Positions 28,327 through 38,299 of a DNA stretch of 64,000 nucleotides are shown here, in pieces. The notes under the pieces are model-generated. The model did not search any database. It was not told the DNA's origin and saw only the letters and a list, made by a program, of their open reading frames with translations. Location: assembly GCA_044222185.1 (NCBI GenBank), contig JBGANV010000002.1, forward strand, positions 640,001 through 704,000, given 5' to 3'. Both the position numbers and the translations under genes were made by a program. Source of the stretch: Planctomycetota bacterium. Lineage in GTDB: Bacteria > Planctomycetota > GCA-002687715 > CAIWVZ01. Each line of letters begins with the position of its first letter. The first letter of the stretch is position 1.

Positions 28327-31017
28327 TCACAGCGTCGTCAAGACCGTTGGTGCCGTGACCCCGAGAAACCCGCCGTCGATTCCCAACCCGACGGTCACGG
28401 CGAAAATCGTCAGTCCCGTCGGCACCCAGGGCGGTGGGACGACGAGCTCTGCCTGGCCCTGGGCGTCGAGGTTGCCGACGAACGGTGGCATGCCCGAGAG
28501 GTACTCCGAGACGATCTCGAAAATGCTCGGATCAATGCCGAACCAGAAGCCACCGGGGAAGTTGCCAGCATGCGTCGTGAAGGCGGTGAAATAGGGTTGG
28601 CCGGGATGCCCGTGCCTGATGAGGCTCCGGATCGACCCGGGCCCGAGTGGCTGTTGGTCCACCGTAAGAGAAAAAAAGCCCGAATCGACGGCCACGGCGT
28701 TGTAGACGTAGAGAGCGAAGTCCTGGTCCTGCGCGTCAGCATTGCTGGGGACGCCGTCAGCAGATGCGTCAAATGCGTGCACCGTCACGGCAATCGACGC
28801 GGCAACACCGGGCGGGAGCACGACGAACTCCGAATTGTTGAGGTGATCGGGCGATCCGCCGGGGACGGAGCATGCCCCAAACCCAGGACACACCCCCGTG
28901 ACGTTCCCTCCGCGATAGACGTTGTTTCCGGCCGTCACAACCAGGTCCAGGTCGTTCAGGAGCGCCGGGGCGAAGGGTACGCCCGGCGCATCGGTCCAAA
29001 CGAGTGCGACGATGACTGGTCGCGAAGGGTCTGCAACTTGAGCTTGGATTGAATATGCAGCACCGGAACCGATGAAGCGCACCGTTTGATCCATCGCGAA
29101 AGATGACGTGCGATCGAATGCGCGCCCGAGATCCACACGGCCGGCACCTTGTGTCGAGCCAAACGCCGGTCCGGCACCGGTGCCCGTGAGTCGATGCGCC
29201 GTCGCCATGAGCACCGCCTTCGTCATCGCGGGGCTCGGGGCTGGGAGTCCGTGGTTGATGAAGTCCTGGCGTACGAGAGCGGCGGCGCCCGCGACGGCCG
29301 GAGTCGCGAAGCTCGTACCCGAACTCAGGGAATAGGGACTGATACCCGCGGAACGACGGCACGATGGCACGGCCTGGGTCGGAGTACACGGAGTGTCGCA
29401 GACCGTCGTCGGGCCCGAAGGGGCGGCCGCGACGGGGGGCCAGAACTTCTGATGGAGATTGCAGTCGGGGCTGTTGATTGTCGGTGGCGCGCTGAAATTC
29501 GGGTTCGTACTTGACGCCCCCTGCACTCGGGAGCCGGGGGCCATCAGGTCAGGCTTCCGCCTTCCATCGTTGCACGGGCCGGGGCTGGACAGGTTCCAGA
29601 CGTCTTCAGCATGGTCGGCGTCACTGTCGGCGACGCCGCCGCAATCTCGATCGGGTGCGCTCGCTGGGCAGGCGTTCACGCCGAGATTCCGTGGCGTCTC
29701 ACTGGCCCCCACGGTGATCACGTTCTTCGACGTGGCTGGCGACTTCAGGACGGCATCGCTGTTTCCCGCCGCGAAGACAATGCACATCTCTTGATTCCCA
29801 CTGGCCACTGGGTCCGCATCACGGACGGCCGCGTCGAATGCCATCGCAACGGTGTCGTACACGCCCAGTGCTCCGGTCGTCCACGAATTCGAACTGATCC
29901 GGGCCTGGTCGTTGTAGGCATCCCGTAGGTACGCCGTGGACAATGTACCTCCGAACGGCGGGGCGTTCGTCGCCCCCAGAATGCGCGATGAACCGATTCG
30001 TACGAACGGCGCGATCCCGAGCCCGTAGCGGAACCCGCTCGCGTCGCGGTCGATGCACGTCGGGGTCAGGCACGATGAGTCGTTGAACCCCGCGAGGATC
30101 GAGGCGCAGAGCGTCCCATGCCCCGCTTCATCTTCGGTCATTCCGGTGGGCGCAACATAAGTACGTGCGTACACCAGGCGGCTCGGACCGATGGTCGAGC
30201 CGAGTTCCCTGAACTCGGGGTTGACCTGCGTCGGAGCTCCGCCGGGAGGGAGCGGAGTGGAAAGTTGTCCGCGGTCGACGCCGGTGTCCGCGATGTCGAC
30301 GACGAATGCGAATTGCCCCTGGGAGAACCCACGGGCTCCAAGCCAGGCGAGGTAACCGGCTGCTGGGGGCGCAGCGGCTCCAGGCGGAAGGTTGCCGGCT
30401 ACGATCTGCGCTTGCGTCTCGTCGGCGGGGATCGGGCGATGCGCGCGCTCGATCCAGGCTGTGTCAGTCCTGCCGGCGAGAGCCCCGATCGCAGCACCGT
30501 TCGCGCGACCAGCAACGCGCCAGAAGGCGCCGCACCGTTCGATCGATCGATCGTCGAACTGAGCCTGCGGCGTCCTTAGACGAGTTGCCGTTTCTCGCCG
30601 GCAGCACAACACGATGATGTCATGAACCGACGATTGGTCCGTCAGCGCGGCGCGAAGGTCGGCTGAGATTTTCGAAGCTGGTTGCATGTCGTCGACGCCG
30701 ACGATGTGCGACTGGAGCACGAGGTCGCGTCGAGTGGCCGCGGCTTCGTCTCTTCCAACGACGACGAGGCTGTCTCGTGGAACGTACGTGATGACCTCGA
30801 GACCGACTGATTGAAGTGCGACGAGGTCGGGCGGTTGGACGCGGCGCGCAAATCGAAGGACCAGGAGGTGGTCACCAGCCGCAGCCCTTCCATGGTGCGG
30901 CTCGTGTCGACTCTGTCCGTGGACAGTTGTCACGTTGGCGTGCGCACCCACGATGGACTGCGCGTCGGTTATGCTTGGCGCCATCAGAGTGAGGGCGAGA
31001 AAAATGGCTGGTCGCAT
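28327..31017 (-). CDS. secreted S8 subtilisin-like serine protease (Kp43-like) with conserved C-terminal domain
   Basis: Signal peptide; triad IADTG, GHGT, SGTSFATP; oxyanion FAAGN; KPDLMAPG; LVWTD...NDLDL accessory domain. Confidence 0.92.
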   Translation of the reverse strand: MRPAIFLALTLMAPSITDAQSIVGAHANVTTVHGQSRHEPHHGRAAAGDHLLVLRFARRVQPPDLVALQSVGLEVITYVPRDSLVVVGRDEAAATRRDLVLQSHIVGVDDMQPASKISADLRAALTDQSSVHDIIVLCCRRETATRLRTPQAQFDDRSIERCGAFWRVAGRANGAAIGALAGRTDTAWIERAHRPIPADETQAQIVAGNLPPGAAAPPAAGYLAWLGARGFSQGQFAFVVDIADTGVDRGQLSTPLPPGGAPTQVNPEFRELGSTIGPSRLVYARTYVAPTGMTEDEAGHGTLCASILAGFNDSSCLTPTCIDRDASGFRYGLGIAPFVRIGSSRILGATNAPPFGGTLSTAYLRDAYNDQARISSNSWTTGALGVYDTVAMAFDAAVRDADPVASGNQEMCIVFAAGNSDAVLKSPATSKNVITVGASETPRNLGVNACPASAPDRDCGGVADSDADHAEDVWNLSSPGPCNDGRRKPDLMAPGSRVQGASSTNPNFSAPPTINSPDCNLHQKFWPPVAAAPSGPTTVCDTPCTPTQAVPSCRRSAGISPYSLSSGTSFATPAVAGAAALVRQDFINHGLPAPSPAMTKAVLMATAHRLTGTGAGPAFGSTQGAGRVDLGRAFDRTSSFAMDQTVRFIGSGAAYSIQAQVADPSRPVIVALVWTDAPGVPFAPALLNDLDLVVTAGNNVYRGGNVTGVCPGFGACSVPGGSPDHLNNSEFVVLPPGVAASIAVTVHAFDASADGVPSNADAQDQDFALYVYNAVAVDSGFFSLTVDQQPLGPGSIRSLIRHGHPGQPYFTAFTTHAGNFPGGFWFGIDPSIFEIVSEYLSGMPPFVGNLDAQGQAELVVPPPWVPTGLTIFAVTVGLGIDGGFLGVTAPTVLTTL

Positions 31018-31138
31018 GGATCCGACTTTCAGAAGGCAATCTCTACGGTCACGCCGCCAACACCGGCGGCACTCCACCGCCTCAACGCGTGGCGTGACGC
31101 CGCCAACGCCGGAGGCCCGGAGTCGGGGATCGATTATC

Positions 31139-33541
31139 ATGTCCGGCTGCGCACCTGCAATGCTCATGTGCAGCCTCGTGCTCGGTGTCCTGCCGGCGCC
31201 TGGGCAATCACTGCAGGCAAGGTGGCAAGCGCCAACGAGCGATAACGAAATCGGGACGGCGCTTGCCGAGCTGGACGCATGGAGCGGCGTCAACTCATCA
31301 AGTCGCCCACTGGCACTAGGGGACCCCGCACACGACCGTGTGGTGATTGCGACGGCCGTGCCGTCGCCAGCAGGTCCTCCGTACGACCTTGTCGCCGCGG
31401 CGATCGTCGGGATGCCTGCGTGTGGAACCTGCCCGCCCGTTGCCACCACGTACCCGTCGCCCTACGGACCAATTTGCTCGGCAACGGGCGCGCCACCGTC
31501 GAATACGGCACGTTTCGGGTTTGCCGTCGCATCGATCCCGGACATCAATGCCGACGGACGTGCCGATCTTGTCGTTGGGGCACCGGGCGCGGCGAGTCTT
31601 GCCGGTGCGGTGTTCGTGCTCGACGGCTTCACGGGTTCGTTGTTGTTCGTTGATGTCGGGACCGCGCCGGGAGACCGGCTCGGGTTCAGCGTCGCGGGGC
31701 TACACGACCTGGACGGCGACGGCTTCCAGGATCTCATCGTCGGTGCTCCTTTCGCGTCAAGCCCCGGGATCGCGGGGCATGGGCGCGCGAACATCTACCG
31801 TGGACAGCCGCCACCGGTCTTCTTCGTGCATGACACTCAGCGCGACCCGTGCGGGACGGCTCCGGATGAGCTGCTCGGATGGTCCGTCGGCGGCGGCGCG
31901 AATATCGCGGGAACTTCGGCGCCGGATTTCATCGTCGGGGCGCCGGGCTCGATGAATGGCTCAACGCGCACGGGAGCTGTTTTTGTCTTCGACGGCAATC
32001 CTGCGCAGCCGGGCGGCTGCGGCGTGGGAAGCCATGCTGCAGCGTACTTTGGCACGGCGTTCAGCGAACTCGGCTATGCGTGCGCAGGTGCGGGCGACGT
32101 GAACTGCGATGGATTCGATGACCTCATCGTCGGTGCGCCTGGTACTCCGACGGCAACGCCGGGTGGTGGGCCTGGGGCCGTGCTGCTCCTCGCTGGTGGG
32201 CCGGCGACGTCGACGCTCGTTCCGCTGCTTTCACTACACGGGTCCAGTCTCACGTACACTTTGGGAACAACGGTTGCGGGTGGCCAGGACCTTACGGGGG
32301 ATTGGATCGCGGATGTCGTCGTCGGCGAGGGTCGGTACTGCCCAGCAGGAGGCGCGTCGAGCTCGACAGGCTACGATCTTTGGGCACGCATCATTGCGGG
32401 CGGTTCGTCGCCGGCCATCTTCGGAGCCGGCATGACCCTTCCTGCGCTTGGCTCCGGGTTCGCGGGTGGCGACCTCGGTCTCTCCGTAGGCCGACCGGGG
32501 CCGACGTCGCAACCCGCGGGTATCATCGCGTCGCCGATCCGGACTGCCGGGCTGCTTGGTTCCGGGGCAGGAACAACCGGTAACCAGGTGCGCGGTCCGC
32601 ACGTGTTCGGCGCAGCCGGAAATCCATTCTTCGCGTCCCAGCCGATCTCGCACACGGGTTGCATCGGTTCGAGCGCCTCGTTTACAGCTGGTATCAACGC
32701 CGCGAGCCTCGCGAGCGGAGTTTCACCAAGTATTCAATGGGAGCACGATGGCGTTTCGATCGTGGGCGCCACATCGCCGACCTTGACCGTCGGACCGATC
32801 ACCCAGAGCGATGCCGGTCAGTATGTCTGCCGTGTGACCTTCTGTGGTCGCTCGTTCTCGAGCACCGTTGCTGTTTTGGCCGTTGCAAGTCCGGCGTTCA
32901 TCGCCCCGCCTGCGCCGCAGACCTGTTGCGTGGGGGGGGTCGCCACATTCAATGCCCACCTGTCGTCGCCACTGACGGGCGTCACGTTTCAGTGGTTCAG
33001 GGATTCGACGCCGGTCACGAATGGTCCATCAGTCGTCGGCGCAACCGGGCCGACTCTCCATCTGTCGTCGGTGACTGTCGCCGATACGGGCACGTACTCA
33101 GTCGCAGCGACGACGTCTGGCTGTACGACGTTTAGCGGCGGCGCCACCCTCACGTTGGCGCCGGTCGGCAGTCCTGCGCTCGCCATGCGTGGATCCGCGG
33201 CGATCGGGGACTTCGTTTTGGCGATTCGCTGCGGACCACCAGGTGCGTATTTCTTCACCGCAATCTCATTCGATCCCCCGAATGTATCGGCGCACGGCAG
33301 TGGCTGGTGGCGAGGGTTGTTCATCCCGATCGGCCAGTTCATCGACGAGCTGAACCTAGCCGTCGGAGGTATCCCGCCGTTTGGTGGGACTTTGGATCCA
33401 ACGGGCAACTACGACTTCGCGCTTCCGCCCGGCACGCTGCCGCCGTTCCTCTCCGGAAACGCCGTCGGTGCGGTGACACTCGTCGTCCCATCTGTACCGG
33501 GGATGCCTGACGCCTCCACGGTCGCCATCCTCCAGCTTTGA
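31139..33541 (+). CDS. secreted FG-GAP repeat protein with two Ig domains and conserved C-terminal domain
   Basis: DINADGRADLVVGAP, DLDGDGFQDLIVGAP, GDVNCDGFDDLIVGAP; Ig motifs QW...DAGQYVC and QW...DTGTYSV; start uncertain. Confidence 0.85.
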   Translation: MSGCAPAMLMCSLVLGVLPAPGQSLQARWQAPTSDNEIGTALAELDAWSGVNSSSRPLALGDPAHDRVVIATAVPSPAGPPYDLVAAAIVGMPACGTCPPVATTYPSPYGPICSATGAPPSNTARFGFAVASIPDINADGRADLVVGAPGAASLAGAVFVLDGFTGSLLFVDVGTAPGDRLGFSVAGLHDLDGDGFQDLIVGAPFASSPGIAGHGRANIYRGQPPPVFFVHDTQRDPCGTAPDELLGWSVGGGANIAGTSAPDFIVGAPGSMNGSTRTGAVFVFDGNPAQPGGCGVGSHAAAYFGTAFSELGYACAGAGDVNCDGFDDLIVGAPGTPTATPGGGPGAVLLLAGGPATSTLVPLLSLHGSSLTYTLGTTVAGGQDLTGDWIADVVVGEGRYCPAGGASSSTGYDLWARIIAGGSSPAIFGAGMTLPALGSGFAGGDLGLSVGRPGPTSQPAGIIASPIRTAGLLGSGAGTTGNQVRGPHVFGAAGNPFFASQPISHTGCIGSSASFTAGINAASLASGVSPSIQWEHDGVSIVGATSPTLTVGPITQSDAGQYVCRVTFCGRSFSSTVAVLAVASPAFIAPPAPQTCCVGGVATFNAHLSSPLTGVTFQWFRDSTPVTNGPSVVGATGPTLHLSSVTVADTGTYSVAATTSGCTTFSGGATLTLAPVGSPALAMRGSAAIGDFVLAIRCGPPGAYFFTAISFDPPNVSAHGSGWWRGLFIPIGQFIDELNLAVGGIPPFGGTLDPTGNYDFALPPGTLPPFLSGNAVGAVTLVVPSVPGMPDASTVAILQL

Positions 33542-33546
33542 GCGCA

Positions 33547-36093
33547 TCATTCCTCAAGTCGGCGGATCGGACGAATCCCAATGGCGCGGTTGGCGTTTGA
33601 TCGACCCGTGGGAGTTCGATCGTGGGTCATAGTTTTCTCGACGGCACCTAGCCAGCCCGCGCCCTTGAATACGATCTCGGACGGCGTTCGTTCATCTGAT
33701 GGCCGCGCTGCGGAGTTTCGATGTTGTCCATCAGAATCCGGATCAATCAATGATCCATCGCCAGCTCGGCGCGGCCATTGTTTCTCGACGGCCGCGTCCG
33801 CGCAAAACTCGGCGACGTTTCCATATACGTCGTATAAGCCGAACCCGTTCGGGCGCAGCGAACCGACGGGCGCCGTGACTAGGTACGAGTCGCTCCAGGG
33901 CGCGGGAACCGGACCAGAGTCGGGTTCGCCCGGTTGGAGCTCGGCGCTTCGCCGCCGTGCCGTCGTGTCCCATATGTTTGCGAACTGACTGAGCTGGGAT
34001 TCGTCGTCCCCGAAGAACCACCGTGTGTCGTCGTTCATCCCACCGCGGGCCGCATACTCCCACTGTGGCTCCGTTGGGAGTGCGTAGCCATACCTCGACA
34101 ACACAAACCGAGCTTCCTCCCATGTCACGTTCTCCAGGGGTAGTCGGTCCGAGACGATCTGGGGCTCGTCGCCCAGCACCACTTGACCTGATTGGAACGC
34201 GCTCCGATTCCTGCCCCCCAATCGTGTCCATTGAAGCTGTGTGAGCTCAAACTTCGAGACAAAGAACGGATCGAGGGCAACAACTGGCCCCAGAGGTGCC
34301 CTGCCCGCTTGGCCTCGCGGCGACCAGCTCCCGGCCGGCAGGAGGACGAACACCAATCCACTGTTCCCGTCGACCAGTAGTTGTCCATTGGGTGCGCGCG
34401 ATGGCACGGTCCCAACCGCTGAGAACGCGCACAGGAACTCCCAGAGCCCAGTGTCGGGGTTGGCCCCGAGTGGGATCAGTCCGAACTGTGGCCGTATGGA
34501 GAGGCCGCCGTAAATGGGAGATGCGGCGATCTCCTTTGACGCATTGCGCCAAGCGTCGCTCGCGTGCGCGGTCGCCTGCATTGCGGCGTCCAGTCGCGCG
34601 AGCATGAACTCGACGCCGGTCCCTGGAGACGCTAGCCCGTAGCCCCGGAAAAGGCTCTCGAGAGGATCGATGGCCCAGGCCACAAAGCCATCCACTTCAG
34701 GGCACGCGGCCCTCAGCGAGGCAACTGCGCCGGAATCCCGGCGGAGCGAAAGCAGCCGATCCCGGAAGTTCACGAATTGCGGGCGCGCGGCTTCCCGTGC
34801 CGGAGGGAGGTTGCGGAACTGGAGTTCTGCCGTCGCAATGACGTCGGCCATTCGGATCGCGAGTCGGAGCAAGTCCGACGTACGTGACTGGCTGATCGCC
34901 AGCATCGACGTGCCAACGACACCTCCAAGGAGCGATAATGCCAATCCGAGGCAAGCAGCGGCGAGCCCAGGATTACCCCGACTCCACGAACGAAACCGGC
35001 CGATTGCTCCAAGTGGGCGAGCGCGCACCGGTTCGCCCCTGCGCAGACGCGCGACTTCGTCCGCGAGGTCCGCCGCCGCTTGGTACCGCCGGTCGCAATC
35101 CTTGGACAATGCGGTCTCGATGACGGCTTCGTGGTCACGAGAGAGCGCGTGGTTCAACGTCCGAAGTCGGATCGGTTCTTTCGTTGCGATCTGCTGGAAG
35201 AGCCCGGCTCGGGTCGGAGCGTCGAACGGACGGACCCCGGCGAGGCCCTCGTACAGAACGACCCCGAGCGACCAGACATCCGTGCGTCTGTCGACTGGGA
35301 CGCGCTTTCCAAGAAGTTGTTCTGGCGACATGTAGGCAGGGCTGCCCGTGATGTCGCCGCTCTGAGTCACGTCTGAGTCATCCAGCGACTGATCTAAGGC
35401 AATACCAAAATCCACAACGACGGGTTCGCCGTTTGGGTCGATGATGATGTTGGCCGGTTTCACGTCCCGGTGGACGACACCGGCTTCGTGGGCGCGATGC
35501 AACGCATGCGCAACCTTCTCGATCCACAGCAGGAACGTTTCCGGGTCGAGCGGAGCGCGGCCTCGCTCCGCCATTACCTTCGCGAGCGAACGCCCCGGTA
35601 CATATCGCAGCGCGAGGTATGGGTTCCCGTCAACCTCGCCCACATCGAAAACGGGGGCCACCCCCGGAACATCAAGACGCGCGAGGATCCGTGCCTCTCG
35701 ACGAAATCGCTCGAGAGCGCGCGCGTTGGTCGGCCCTGTGCGTCGGAGGATTTTTAGGGCAACACTCCGACCAAGTCGCGGGTCCTCGGCCCGGAACACC
35801 TCACCGAACCCGCCCGCACCAAGTCGCTCGACAAGAAGGTATGGCCCGTATCGAACCGCATCCACCATCGCGCTCCGTGTATGTGCTTCCTCGCCGTGGA
35901 CTTGTGCCGGCGTTCGTGGAGCTCCGACTCGCGCCAGCGCTACGTCGAGAGCGGCCGCAAATCCTGGGAACGCGCGACGGTAGTCGTCCGGTGTGCGCAG
36001 CATCCCTTGCTCTCGGTCGGCCACGATCGCGCGAATGAGCTCCGCGACGACCCCATCGTCAGTGGCTGGTTCTTGTTCCGCAGATCCACTCAT
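33547..36093 (-). CDS. Ser/Thr protein kinase with TM helix and C-terminal FGE-sulfatase domain
   Basis: LGAGGFGEV, VALK, HRDVKPAN, DFG, GSPAYMSPEQ; TM; KFELTQLQW, LPTEPQWEYAARGG, PNGFGLYDVYGNVAEF; GAGG RBS. Confidence 0.92.
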   Translation of the reverse strand: MSGSAEQEPATDDGVVAELIRAIVADREQGMLRTPDDYRRAFPGFAAALDVALARVGAPRTPAQVHGEEAHTRSAMVDAVRYGPYLLVERLGAGGFGEVFRAEDPRLGRSVALKILRRTGPTNARALERFRREARILARLDVPGVAPVFDVGEVDGNPYLALRYVPGRSLAKVMAERGRAPLDPETFLLWIEKVAHALHRAHEAGVVHRDVKPANIIIDPNGEPVVVDFGIALDQSLDDSDVTQSGDITGSPAYMSPEQLLGKRVPVDRRTDVWSLGVVLYEGLAGVRPFDAPTRAGLFQQIATKEPIRLRTLNHALSRDHEAVIETALSKDCDRRYQAAADLADEVARLRRGEPVRARPLGAIGRFRSWSRGNPGLAAACLGLALSLLGGVVGTSMLAISQSRTSDLLRLAIRMADVIATAELQFRNLPPAREAARPQFVNFRDRLLSLRRDSGAVASLRAACPEVDGFVAWAIDPLESLFRGYGLASPGTGVEFMLARLDAAMQATAHASDAWRNASKEIAASPIYGGLSIRPQFGLIPLGANPDTGLWEFLCAFSAVGTVPSRAPNGQLLVDGNSGLVFVLLPAGSWSPRGQAGRAPLGPVVALDPFFVSKFELTQLQWTRLGGRNRSAFQSGQVVLGDEPQIVSDRLPLENVTWEEARFVLSRYGYALPTEPQWEYAARGGMNDDTRWFFGDDESQLSQFANIWDTTARRRSAELQPGEPDSGPVPAPWSDSYLVTAPVGSLRPNGFGLYDVYGNVAEFCADAAVEKQWPRRAGDGSLIDPDSDGQHRNSAARPSDERTPSEIVFKGAGWLGAVEKTMTHDRTPTGRSNANRAIGIRPIRRLEE

Positions 36094-36111
36094 GGCTGTA
36101 ACCTCTGCCGC

Positions 36112-36768
36112 ATGAGCCCAGTGAGTAGCCCGAACTACGGTGATCAGGACCACGCACAAACGACGCTTCGAGTTCGCGAGGCCGCGCGCGGGGACCGAAC
36201 TGCGACCGAGTGGGTCGTCGGTCATCTTACGCCGGTGCTCGTCGCAGCGGCCGACTATCATCTACGTGGGACGCCGCACGGCAAGTGCGACGCAGAGGAT
36301 GTCGTCCAGGAGACATGGCTCGTCGCGCTTCCGAAGTTCGGCTCGCTCGTGGAACGAAGCGGACGGCTTACCCCGGTCTTGATGACTTTCCTGGGGACGA
36401 TCCTGCATCGTCAGATCGGTCGTTCGTGGCGACGAGGCGGCGCCATCGGACGGGGGACGCGGCAGATCGACCCAGACGTCGAGTACGATCCCACTGACAC
36501 GCGCACAGGTGTCGTGACCGCCGCGTCACGCTCCGAGTCGGCTTCACGCGTGCAGGATGCACTTGCCGCGATGCCGGACGAGGTCCGCGAAATCCTTATT
36601 TTGCGAGGAGTTGATGGGCTTTCATATGAGGAGATCGCGACGAGGCTGAAGATAACTGCCGGCGCCGGCAGGGTCCGCTATTTTCGCGCCCTCGACCGAC
36701 TTCGCTCCGCACTTCCGGGTGACTTTCTCGAGGAGTGGCGCGGGTTCGAGAGCTCCGGTGACGCATAG
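36112..36768 (+). CDS. ECF RNA polymerase sigma-70 factor
   Basis: DAEDVVQETW (region 2); REILILRGVDGLSYEEIATRL...RYFRAL (region 4). Confidence 0.9.
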   Translation: MSPVSSPNYGDQDHAQTTLRVREAARGDRTATEWVVGHLTPVLVAAADYHLRGTPHGKCDAEDVVQETWLVALPKFGSLVERSGRLTPVLMTFLGTILHRQIGRSWRRGGAIGRGTRQIDPDVEYDPTDTRTGVVTAASRSESASRVQDALAAMPDEVREILILRGVDGLSYEEIATRLKITAGAGRVRYFRALDRLRSALPGDFLEEWRGFESSGDA

Positions 36769-37150
36769 GCAGACTTCAGGACAGGGTGCTCAGCCCCAGT
36801 GCACCGGGTGAGGACTTGGAAGCTGACGTCCGGGCGCGGCCTCGCAGTCGCGGTCGTGTGCGGTTTGCGGCCGCGCGCGGAATCCCTGGGCGAGCTTGCA
36901 TGAGGACCTCGCACCCGTGGGTCGTTGGTCAGCATGAGCACGTTCTCGAGATGTACGTGGCACCCACAGCCGGAGCGGATGCCCGGGTGTCGGCCCGCGG
37001 GTGGCACATGAGGCTCGTCTTTCGCTGCGCCTCGACCAAGATCCAGGAACTCGAGACGGACGAGGGTCCAGTTGACACAGCGTCGATCCCACCATGGACG
37101 CCATCGTCCCCCGGTGGGACTATCGTGCTCACCGCTCGACGGCGATCCTG

Positions 37151-38299
37151 ATGGCGTTTCGATTTCTTCACACATCCGACTGGCAGATCGGCATGCACGC
37201 GGCGCACATCGCGGGGCAGGCGGCCGTGGTTCGGGCGGCGCGGCTTCAGGCGGCGCGGCGGGTGATCGAGATCGGGAACGGGGCAGGCGTGGACGCGGTC
37301 ATTCTGGCCGGCGACACGTTCGAGGCGTCGGATGTGCCTGCGGGGGCGGTGCAGGACGTGGTCGACATCCTGCGAGAATCGCGCGCGCCGGTGTTCGTCT
37401 TGCCGGCAAACCATGACCCGTTGGTGCCTCGGGGCATCTTCGAACACCGCGCCTGGCAGGACGCCGCGCCGCGAGTGTCGGTGCTGCGGGAGGCGCAGGT
37501 GGTGGCGGTCGGCGACGCCGATCTCCTCGCCTGCCCGCTGCGCACGCGAACCTCCACGCAGGATCCGACGGCGTGGATCTCGGCGCCCGCGGCGTCGTCG
37601 CGCATCCGCGTGGCCGTCGCGCACGGATCGCTCGTGGGCGCCGGCGCCGCCGACGGCGACGTGGAAGACGATTTCCCCATCGACCGTTGCGTCGTGGCGC
37701 GGGCGCAGCTCGACTACCTCGCGCTGGGGCATTGGCACCGACCCTCGACCTACGACGTCGGCGGGGCGACCCGCGTGGCGTACTGCGGTTCGCATGAACC
37801 CACGAAGTTCGGCGAGATGTCGCAGGACGGCACGCGCCGCAGCGGCGAGATCCTCGTCGTCACCATCGACGCGCCCGGAGCTGCGCCGCGACTCGAACGC
37901 CATCGCACGGCCGTGCTCGACTGGCGGCAACAGGCCGTCGAGGTACACGGCGTCGACGACCTGCTCGCCCTGCGCCGGCAGCTCGACGGCGAGCCGCCCG
38001 CGTCGCGCGAACGCTCACTTCTCGAGCTATCGCTGACGGGCGAGCTTCCGCTGACCGCGCGCGGCGAGGTCGTGGAGCTCGAAACGCTGGCGCGAAAACG
38101 ATTCCTCTTCGCCAGAATCCGCTCGGAGCTTCGCTTCACCACGGCGGGCGACGATTGGCTCGCGAGCGTGCCCGCGGGTGCTCCGGCGCGCGCGGCGAAG
38201 CGCCTGGCGGAGGCTTCGGCGAAGGACGATCCCGCGTCCGAATCGGCCCGACGGGCCCTCGATCTGCTGTCGGCAATCGTCCGCGGAGGCGGCCGTTGA
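37151..38299 (+). CDS. sbcD: Mre11/SbcD-family DNA repair exonuclease (YhaO-like)
   Basis: FLHTSDWQIG, LAGDTFE, PANHD, AHGS, DYLALGHWH, YCGSHE. Confidence 0.9.
   Translation: MAFRFLHTSDWQIGMHAAHIAGQAAVVRAARLQAARRVIEIGNGAGVDAVILAGDTFEASDVPAGAVQDVVDILRESRAPVFVLPANHDPLVPRGIFEHRAWQDAAPRVSVLREAQVVAVGDADLLACPLRTRTSTQDPTAWISAPAASSRIRVAVAHGSLVGAGAADGDVEDDFPIDRCVVARAQLDYLALGHWHRPSTYDVGGATRVAYCGSHEPTKFGEMSQDGTRRSGEILVVTIDAPGAAPRLERHRTAVLDWRQQAVEVHGVDDLLALRRQLDGEPPASRERSLLELSLTGELPLTARGEVVELETLARKRFLFARIRSELRFTTAGDDWLASVPAGAPARAAKRLAEASAKDDPASESARRALDLLSAIVRGGGR

Noticed and set aside
30935-31449. Apparent long 5' overlap between the S8 protease and FG-GAP/Ig ORFs
   Set aside because: Artefact of longest-ORF calling; signal peptides place the starts at about 31017 and 31139, leaving a normal divergent gap
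21100-34400. Diversity-generating retroelement targeting the three FGE (C-type lectin fold) domains
   Set aside because: No reverse transcriptase and no template/variable repeat pair differing at adenines was seen; a remote DGR cannot be excluded from this window
36769-37150. IS end, att site or promoter at the right edge of the accessory block (TTGACA at 37072)
   Set aside because: No matching repeat found at the left edge, no transposase remnant recognised, and no -10 hexamer at 16-18 nt
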